A stretch of 64,000 nucleotides of DNA, from the IMG/VR virus record IMGVR_UViG_3300021197_001769. One strand, written 5' to 3'. Under the pieces are notes generated by a model. It had not been told where the DNA came from, ran no database searches, and saw only the letters and a list, made by a program, of their open reading frames with translations. The stretch comes from a virus. Position numbers and translations under genes: made by a program. Positions 57,789 to 64,000 of this stretch are shown one piece after another; the first letter of the stretch is position 1, and every line of letters starts with the position of its first letter.

Positions 57789-58781
57789 CTAATTCTCTGG
57801 CAAGTTTCTAACGATCTTTATGATGTTACCATCGCTATCACTTAAGTTTAATATTGTCGGACTTCTATCAGAATCATTACTATATCTAACATCTGAATCG
57901 TTTACTACATTTCTTCTTTTTCTAAGCTTCTTTGTAGCACCATCAGAATCAAAATCAAGATCTGAATCATAAAGTCTAAACGTTACTCCATCTGAGTCTA
58001 ATACATAAGGTCCTTTTGAGTCAGAATCATAGCCTCTGCTATCACCTGATAGAACTGCGTAACCAACTTCAGTACCTGCTTGAGTAGAAGCTCGAGACAT
58101 CTTATTTATTGGCACTCCAGTTGGTGGTACTGAGACAATAGCTCTAGAATCAACAATTACTGATGTTGCTGCTACTGGTCCGTGTAACCATATCTTTGTT
58201 TGGAATTCCATTGTCCATTCTATAACTCTTCTATCACCTATTTCACCTGTATAATCATCAGCCCAAGTAGTAGATAACAACGTAAAAGTCTGATCATATG
58301 AATTAGTTGGTGTAGGAGTCAATGCACTTGCATCTTGAGGAAAATGTCTTACCTTTACTGTATAAGCAGGAGTAAAGAATGGTAGTATTTGTTCGATTAT
58401 TTGCCAACCATCATTAAGAGTTTTTGTAGCACAGTATAAAGTAAAATCTAAATTGTAAGGAGTAGGTACATTTATTCTTTGTCTAGGGTCTGTTAAACCA
58501 TCAGGTTCTCTTAACATAGTTTGTCTGTTAGTTAATTTTCTAGATTGATCATAATTCATAGCTACTATTTCATATGACATTCTAGGTAATAACTTTTCAA
58601 ACATTTCTTCAGAAGGCTGAAATTGTTTTTGAGCATCTAGCCATTTTTGACGAGGACCATAGCTAATAGGTACTGGTAAGAGTTTACCATCTCTTCTTTT
58701 AATTACTAAGTTGTTAAAAAGACTACCGAATACTGCTACTGAAGTTTTAATAGTCTCATTGTAAAAATGTGTACCTATCAT
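57789..58781 (-). CDS. gp15: Tail sheath terminator gp15 with DSD-rich C-terminal extension
   Basis: HFYNETI...FGSLFNN...VPISYGPRQKW...LPRMSYE...QIIEQILPFF.P. Confidence 0.93.
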   Translation of the reverse strand: MIGTHFYNETIKTSVAVFGSLFNNLVIKRRDGKLLPVPISYGPRQKWLDAQKQFQPSEEMFEKLLPRMSYEIVAMNYDQSRKLTNRQTMLREPDGLTDPRQRINVPTPYNLDFTLYCATKTLNDGWQIIEQILPFFTPAYTVKVRHFPQDASALTPTPTNSYDQTFTLLSTTWADDYTGEIGDRRVIEWTMEFQTKIWLHGPVAATSVIVDSRAIVSVPPTGVPINKMSRASTQAGTEVGYAVLSGDSRGYDSDSKGPYVLDSDGVTFRLYDSDLDFDSDGATKKLRKRRNVVNDSDVRYSNDSDRSPTILNLSDSDGNIIKIVRNLPEN

Positions 58782-59815
58782 ATATCATCTAAATCTAAAT
58801 TATTAATTATACCTGGACTATGATGAGCTGATTTACCATAGTCTTCTACAATAACATCACTCTTCTCGGTTGCATTACCATCGTCATCATAGATAACTCT
58901 TTGCTGAGCTCTCTGTTCTATCTCTCTATTCCTACCATAAGAATCAGTTATTGAATCTGAATCTCTTACTATATTAAGTGCTTTAGTATCACTGTCTATA
59001 AAATTAACACCTGCTGAAGCTCTTTGTATCTTTTCATTAGTAGTAGTCTGTTCTTTACCAGTAACTGTATTGTATGTAATAGCAGTTGGTGAAAATCCAA
59101 GATCCTCTCCAGAAAGTTCGAATAGTTTACATCTTAATTTATATTGATAGTTATCACCTACTTGGAAGAAAGCACCATCATGGAATGTAGTTACTCGAGT
59201 TATTTCAAATATTTTAGGAACGTATTGATTTTTATTCTGAGCTGATCTACCAAAAGGAATAACAACTAAGTCACCCTCTAAAGGTCTTTGTCTATTATAA
59301 AACGCTGAGTCACTATCAGATAGATCACTGTCATAATCTTTATGTTTATTATTAAAGTTATTAATAGCAACAGTCATAATAACTTCTTCTCTAAATTCAA
59401 CTCCGTAAGTAGTCATTACATCGCCTTCACCTTCGAAGCCGGCTGCTGCTAATAACATCATATCTATTTGGTAACCTGCATGAAACTTAGATTCAGGTCT
59501 TTCGTTGAATACTGAATCAGTATACTTAGAATGTCTAGGCATATATCTAACAGTTATACCATTAGTATTAATTGACTCTCTTACTAAATTTTGTACTAGT
59601 CTTTGTTCATTTGTTGAAAAGTTTGCTGATGAACCGAATTGGTTAATATAACCATCAATAAAAGTATTTTGAATAGCTGCTTTGTAGTTGTAATTTTCGT
59701 TTATAGTTCTTATATTTCTATTTTGACTAGCGCCAAAATCAGAATCATTATCTGTTTTTGTCAACTCTGTAGTAGTTGCAATTGTAAATCCTAGATAATT
59801 GTTTACTATAGCCAT
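58778..59815 (-). CDS. gp14: Neck protein gp14
   Basis: EQRLVQNLVRESI..G..V.Y.PR...GFEGEGDVMT.YG...RPLEGDL...FEI...FFQVG...Y.L.C.LF. Confidence 0.9.
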   Translation of the reverse strand: MAIVNNYLGFTIATTTELTKTDNDSDFGASQNRNIRTINENYNYKAAIQNTFIDGYINQFGSSANFSTNEQRLVQNLVRESINTNGITVRYMPRHSKYTDSVFNERPESKFHAGYQIDMMLLAAAGFEGEGDVMTTYGVEFREEVIMTVAINNFNNKHKDYDSDLSDSDSAFYNRQRPLEGDLVVIPFGRSAQNKNQYVPKIFEITRVTTFHDGAFFQVGDNYQYKLRCKLFELSGEDLGFSPTAITYNTVTGKEQTTTNEKIQRASAGVNFIDSDTKALNIVRDSDSITDSYGRNREIEQRAQQRVIYDDDGNATEKSDVIVEDYGKSAHHSPGIINNLDLDDI

Positions 59816-60546
59816 TACGCATAATACCCTGCGTCTCTTCCAGAAGTACTTTGTCTAACTGTTAGTTCTACTATTGCATCTTCAACAGTTTGAGCTTGTA
59901 TTCTTACGCTATTAGCCGCTCCCTGATTTAATTTTAAATATTCTGCATACATTTCTAATTGTTCAGCTCCAGTTTTCTCTGAAGAAGCAGTACCAGTTGA
60001 TAGTCTTGATAGTGCACTATCAAAATCAAATGTAATATTTTTAGCACTATTACTGTGCTCTAATGCAAACTTACTACCGTTATATTTTAGTAATGAACCT
60101 GCAGATATACTATAAACACCATTTGTTAAATTAAAGCTTGCACTTGTTATTTTATTAGTGTATACTGGAGTAGCATCAGGATTAAGTGTTAAAATACTCT
60201 CTGATAAAATAACTGTATCATTACTATTAGGGCTCAAAGCAGTAATTTCTGTATAAGTTTTTGCACCTAAAAATGTACCAGCAGATGATAAAGATGTTAT
60301 ATCTGCATTAACGTTAACATTAGTTCTATATGAAGCTTCAATAAAGTTATTAAGTTTTTGAAAAGCTGTTCTTAGAGGATCACCATCATTAGAGTTGGGA
60401 GACGTACCTGTGTTAACTCTTGTATTGGTATTTACAGTATAATCAGTTAATGGTATAACAGAATTACTATTAGCTGGATCAACAAGCGATGGCTTATTAA
60501 CAGAACTATTTTTACTTAGATAATCTGATAAGAGTGTATTAGCCAT
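59815..60546 (-). CDS. Virion protein with gp9/gp10-type GDPLR motif
   Basis: VNTGTSPNSNDGDPLRTAFQKLNN. Confidence 0.6.
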   Translation of the reverse strand: MANTLLSDYLSKNSSVNKPSLVDPANSNSVIPLTDYTVNTNTRVNTGTSPNSNDGDPLRTAFQKLNNFIEASYRTNVNVNADITSLSSAGTFLGAKTYTEITALSPNSNDTVILSESILTLNPDATPVYTNKITSASFNLTNGVYSISAGSLLKYNGSKFALEHSNSAKNITFDFDSALSRLSTGTASSEKTGAEQLEMYAEYLKLNQGAANSVRIQAQTVEDAIVELTVRQSTSGRDAGYYA

Positions 60547-60724
60547 TTTTCTCTAGTATCCTTTCTAACAAGTTTTCTATTCTATTTAATCTATATTCTA
60601 AATCGTTCAATCTTTTTTGTTCTTTACGTCTTTTATTAATAGTTGCTTTAAGAGACGGATCAGTATTAATAATAGCACCGCCTCTCTTTTCAAGATACGG
60701 ATGACCTTGTATATTTTTATGCAA
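60539..60724 (-). CDS. Small hypothetical protein
   Basis: GHPYL...GAIINTD followed by a coiled coil; from recollection, this type follows the large VrlC-like gene in T4-like phages. Confidence 0.65.
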   Translation of the reverse strand: MHKNIQGHPYLEKRGGAIINTDPSLKATINKRRKEQKRLNDLEYRLNRIENLLERILEKNG

Positions 60725-62570
60725 CTGCTAATATCCTTAAATTTTTAAGTCTAGGCACATATGCTTCGTTTTTAGTTTTCATTCTAACTCTAACTCTAAA
60801 CTCTTGAAAATCTTCTCCTACTGCATGTTCTGCTGAATATTCTTTAAAGTCTTCAGCACTATTAAACGCACCGTAATTTTTTTCACTTATAAATGTATTA
60901 AGTTTAAAATCTTCCCAATCTTGAGCATCTATATCTGCAGTATCACCTATACGTTTCACTTTAAATGCAATTTCAATTTCATTAGTAGGATTCATATCAG
61001 CTAAAAATTTAACTATTAAAGTATCAGCAGGTGTAGCTAATTCTGTAATCTTAGTAATGTAGTCTGCATGATCTTGTTTAGCTGCTGTAAGTGACGCAAT
61101 ATAAGAAGCTAACTTAGCTTGTATATTTGCATTGTCAGAATCTCCTTCTTCTAAAAAGTCAGAGTCATTAGCTCTTTTTGATTCAAAAATTGGATACTTA
61201 TTCTGTAGATCTGAATCATCAGGCTGCATTCCAGCTCTATTTCTTAGTAACTTAATTTTATTTACAACCCCTTGTGATGGAGATTCAACTGGTATTACAG
61301 GTGAGTATCTTTCATCAGCTGTGTTAAGTTCTAGTTGCATTTCAAATGATCTATTAGTAGAATTAACAGTAGATAAAATTGATTTAGGATTAGTAAAAGT
61401 TGTTACTTTATCTGTTTCAACATATGCATAAGCTTCATCTATACTACCTACAGCTTGATAACTTTCAGCTGAAGTATCTAAACCTAGTAGTTGACTTGAT
61501 ATAACGTTATCAATAGTACTACCAGTTGTAGTTTTAATCTTAGCATCCACTTTAGTAAAGAGATTGTTTATAGGATTAAGATTAGTGTATAGATAATCGT
61601 ACTGTAAGTTAGAACTCACTTTCATATTATAACCACCTGCATCTAAAGTTTCTCTTGCATTAGAAGCTACTTTTATAAAATAAGTATCTTGTGTAGCATA
61701 CAATACATCATGTGTATCTACAAAAGAACTTGATGCGGCGTCAGCTTGCGTATTAATATCAGTAACCGGAATACCTGCTATTTCAGATGCTCCGTTTGGT
61801 CCCTCAACTCCTGATACTACGACTTTTTGTCCTGATCCATACATTCCATGATTAGGATGCTTTATTAAAATATATGGTGAATGCTTAAAAGTTCTTATTG
61901 GTGTGCCGTTATTCACAGTACCAATATTAACTGCTAGTTTACTTAACTTAGATCTTAACTGTGCTGTAGCTACTCCAGTATTAAAACTAGCTCTATATAA
62001 TTTAAACTTTAAATCTTTATTAGGGTCCGGTATATAAACTCCACCATTTTCTGATGTAAAGAACGAACCACCTGAACCTCCTATACTAGGCGGCGAAGAT
62101 ATTAATCCACCTAATCCAGAAGTCAAGTCTGGCTTACCTATTTCAGCTGTCCATAAACTTGTAAGAGAAGATTGGGTTCTTACTACTATACAATATTCCT
62201 GAGCAGAAATCAACTTAACAGGTGAATTAAATCTAAAATTAGTTGGTGTCGATGCTACTGCTCTACCTGAACCGGTACCATCTGAATCAGATAAAAATTT
62301 GGAAGCGTATCCAACTACTATTTGTCCTGGTCTACCTTGTACTGTATTTCTAATTTCAACTCTAACTTGATTTTGGTTTGAGGATAAATCTACTACGTCA
62401 AAAAACAAATCAATAGCAGTGACAAAAGCTCCTTCTTTTATCTTAACATCGTTTTCGTAATCCTCACCACCAGAAGTATCAACTGGTCTACCGTCACCAT
62501 CAACACTAATTAATTTTTTTATGATAGCTGGTAACGTGAACGTTTGTGCTATTGCGCCTTTAACTGCCAT
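60717..62570 (-). CDS. Large virion structural protein (VrlC/DUF4815-like C-terminal part)
   Basis: AQTF...GAFVTAIDLFF...VEIR...G.P...F.F.SPV...EYCIVV...DLKFKLYRASF...YITK...VPRLKNLRILA. Confidence 0.75.
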   Translation of the reverse strand: MAVKGAIAQTFTLPAIIKKLISVDGDGRPVDTSGGEDYENDVKIKEGAFVTAIDLFFDVVDLSSNQNQVRVEIRNTVQGRPGQIVVGYASKFLSDSDGTGSGRAVASTPTNFRFNSPVKLISAQEYCIVVRTQSSLTSLWTAEIGKPDLTSGLGGLISSPPSIGGSGGSFFTSENGGVYIPDPNKDLKFKLYRASFNTGVATAQLRSKLSKLAVNIGTVNNGTPIRTFKHSPYILIKHPNHGMYGSGQKVVVSGVEGPNGASEIAGIPVTDINTQADAASSSFVDTHDVLYATQDTYFIKVASNARETLDAGGYNMKVSSNLQYDYLYTNLNPINNLFTKVDAKIKTTTGSTIDNVISSQLLGLDTSAESYQAVGSIDEAYAYVETDKVTTFTNPKSILSTVNSTNRSFEMQLELNTADERYSPVIPVESPSQGVVNKIKLLRNRAGMQPDDSDLQNKYPIFESKRANDSDFLEEGDSDNANIQAKLASYIASLTAAKQDHADYITKITELATPADTLIVKFLADMNPTNEIEIAFKVKRIGDTADIDAQDWEDFKLNTFISEKNYGAFNSAEDFKEYSAEHAVGEDFQEFRVRVRMKTKNEAYVPRLKNLRILAVA

Positions 62571-63377
62571 TTACCATTTCTCCCCTTGTATTGCTAACTT
62601 AGATGATAATAAAAATTTTATCATAGAACCAGTTATATCTATTTCATACCATGCTCTGCTAAAATTCCAATCCCAGGGTTCAGCATGATGATTATTATGC
62701 CACCCTTCACCGAATGTTAACAGTGCTACCCACCACACATTTGAACTATCGTTATCTTGTTTATATCTTTTATAACCAAGTTCGGAGTGTGCGAACGTAT
62801 TATTTATTATACTTGTAGTGATTCCTATTACAGATGGTAAAATGAATCCCCAATATAATCCATACATACCAAAAATACTAAACATTACAGCTGCATGAAT
62901 TAAAATTATTAGAAAATAATATTGATGTAAAAGTACTTGAAACTTATCTTTTATAATATGTCTATACTCTAATAAGTTAAACTTAAACGAATCATACTTA
63001 TCATTCTTTAAAAAAACTAATCCTTTATCTGGTGAATGAGGATCTTTTTCCGTATCAGCATGCTTATGATGCTCCCAGTGAACTATAACCCAAGTTAAAG
63101 GACTACCTGTACCTTGAATAGCTCCTAGGTATGAACCTAATCTTTCCATCCATTTGTACTTGAACTCAAATGATTGATGTGTAAGACATCTATGTAAAGT
63201 CATAGTTATTCCTATGCATCCAGTTAAGAAGTATACAAATAATGATATTGAAAAACCTAGTAAATCAATAGGAAAACTAAAAGTAAAAGGTAAAGTTAAT
63301 GCTAATAGTATAAGTAAGTAATGTAGTAACTTTATTTTTCTACCAGTTGGACTGAATACGTTTAATCGATCTAACAT
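62571..63377 (-). CDS. Second membrane fatty acid desaturase, delta-9-like
   Basis: His boxes HRCLTH, HWEHH..AD...DPHSP and GEGWHNNHH. Confidence 0.9.
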   Translation of the reverse strand: MLDRLNVFSPTGRKIKLLHYLLILLALTLPFTFSFPIDLLGFSISLFVYFLTGCIGITMTLHRCLTHQSFEFKYKWMERLGSYLGAIQGTGSPLTWVIVHWEHHKHADTEKDPHSPDKGLVFLKNDKYDSFKFNLLEYRHIIKDKFQVLLHQYYFLIILIHAAVMFSIFGMYGLYWGFILPSVIGITTSIINNTFAHSELGYKRYKQDNDSSNVWWVALLTFGEGWHNNHHAEPWDWNFSRAWYEIDITGSMIKFLLSSKLAIQGEKW

Positions 63378-64000
63378 TTGCTTTCTTTAGATATCCTTTC
63401 TGAACTAATTTACCAGTAAACCAAACTATAGGTCTAAACAATCTTAAGACTAAACTATTAAATGTAAAATAGTTACCCTTCATTTCTTCTTGTAGACCAT
63501 GAGTTCTAGTTTTTGCAAACCATTCTAGAGCAGTTCTTATATAAGTATTTGTAGGCATCTTCTTTACAAAGTATAAGAACAGTTTATGATATCCTAATTC
63601 ATAAGCATCATCAAGTTTCTTAAATTTATTATATCTCATCCATACTCTATTAGAATACATTGGCATATTGTACATTTTATTCATCATAGTACATACAATT
63701 TTACCACCGCCGCCTCCGCCGCCTTCGGAACTGCTTCCATCGTCATGACTTCCGTGACCAAAGTCACCATAATTCATATCCATATAACTAGGATTATAAG
63801 ATGGTGGACTATCACCCCAAGAGTCACCGCCTCCTCCGCCACCGCCGTAATTTAAGTACTCAGTAGAAGATGAAGTAACAGTTTGCTCTTCTGTTCTAAT
63901 TATAACGTCTTCAACTCCATCAGTTCTAAACTTAGATAAAAATCCTACTTCATACTTAGAAGCGACAATATAGATAGCTGATGCTATAGTAGTTTTAGTT
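63340..64000 (-). CDS. C-terminus of a larger protein (5'-truncated) ending in poly-Gly and a KIVCT domain
   Basis: The frame of ORF 63340..63783 stays open to the window edge (…TIASAIYIVASK…YGGGGGGGDSW…GGGGGGGGKIVCTMM…). Confidence 0.7.
   Translation of the reverse strand, partial: TKTTIASAIYIVASKYEVGFLSKFRTDGVEDVIIRTEEQTVTSSSTEYLNYGGGGGGGDSWGDSPPSYNPSYMDMNYGDFGHGSHDDGSSSEGGGGGGGKIVCTMMNKMYNMPMYSNRVWMRYNKFKKLDDAYELGYHKLFLYFVKKMPTNTYIRTALEWFAKTRTHGLQEEMKGNYFTFNSLVLRLFRPIVWFTGKLVQKGYLKKANVRSIKRIQSNW

Noticed and set aside
317-61431. Short antisense or nested ORFs in the ORF track (e.g. 317, 965, 1898, 2939, 6307, 7568, 8356, 9885, 10487, 12987, 20476, 22329, 28914, 30362, 34162, 38434, 41293, 48959, 61132)
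   Set aside because: They overlap well-supported genes and have no recognisable motifs; they are shadow ORFs.
1-64000. tRNA/rRNA genes, introns, inteins, homing endonucleases and a host assignment
   Set aside because: None were recognised by eye, intergenic gaps are short and core genes are uninterrupted. No photosynthesis or other host-diagnostic genes are present, so the host is left unassigned.

Overview
A 64-kb AT-rich segment of a large T4-like myophage genome, probably marine; the host cannot be assigned from this window. It holds recombination and late-transcription genes (gp46 partial, gp47, gp55, uvsW, uvsY) and phoH. It also holds the head, neck, tail and packaging module (gp3, gp23, gp22, gp21, gp68/67-like, gp13, gp20, gp19, gp18, gp17, gp16, gp15, gp14), many fibre and baseplate-type virion proteins, and T4 late promoters (TATAAATA/AATAAATA). 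Between gp15 and gp16 lies a ~20-kb block of tailoring enzymes: 8 radical SAM proteins, 5 Asp/Asn-beta-hydroxylase-like 2OG-Fe(II) cupins, a TauD, 3 glycosyltransferase-like proteins, methyltransferase-, kinase-, GNAT- and QueC-like proteins, a desaturase and SufT. IscA, two more oxygenases and a second desaturase lie elsewhere in the window. The strongest unexplained signal is the tripeptide Asp-Ser-Asp (DSD). By manual count it occurs about 95 times in about 15 predicted virion proteins (fibres, sheath insertions, neck and gp15 extensions), often as an 18/21-residue RLDSD helical repeat and with varied codons. I found none in the enzymes, terminase, major capsid, tail tube or the very acidic scaffold. 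The proposed new system, which is an inference, is a virion-wide surface sequon that is modified by the late-expressed enzyme cluster or that binds metal.
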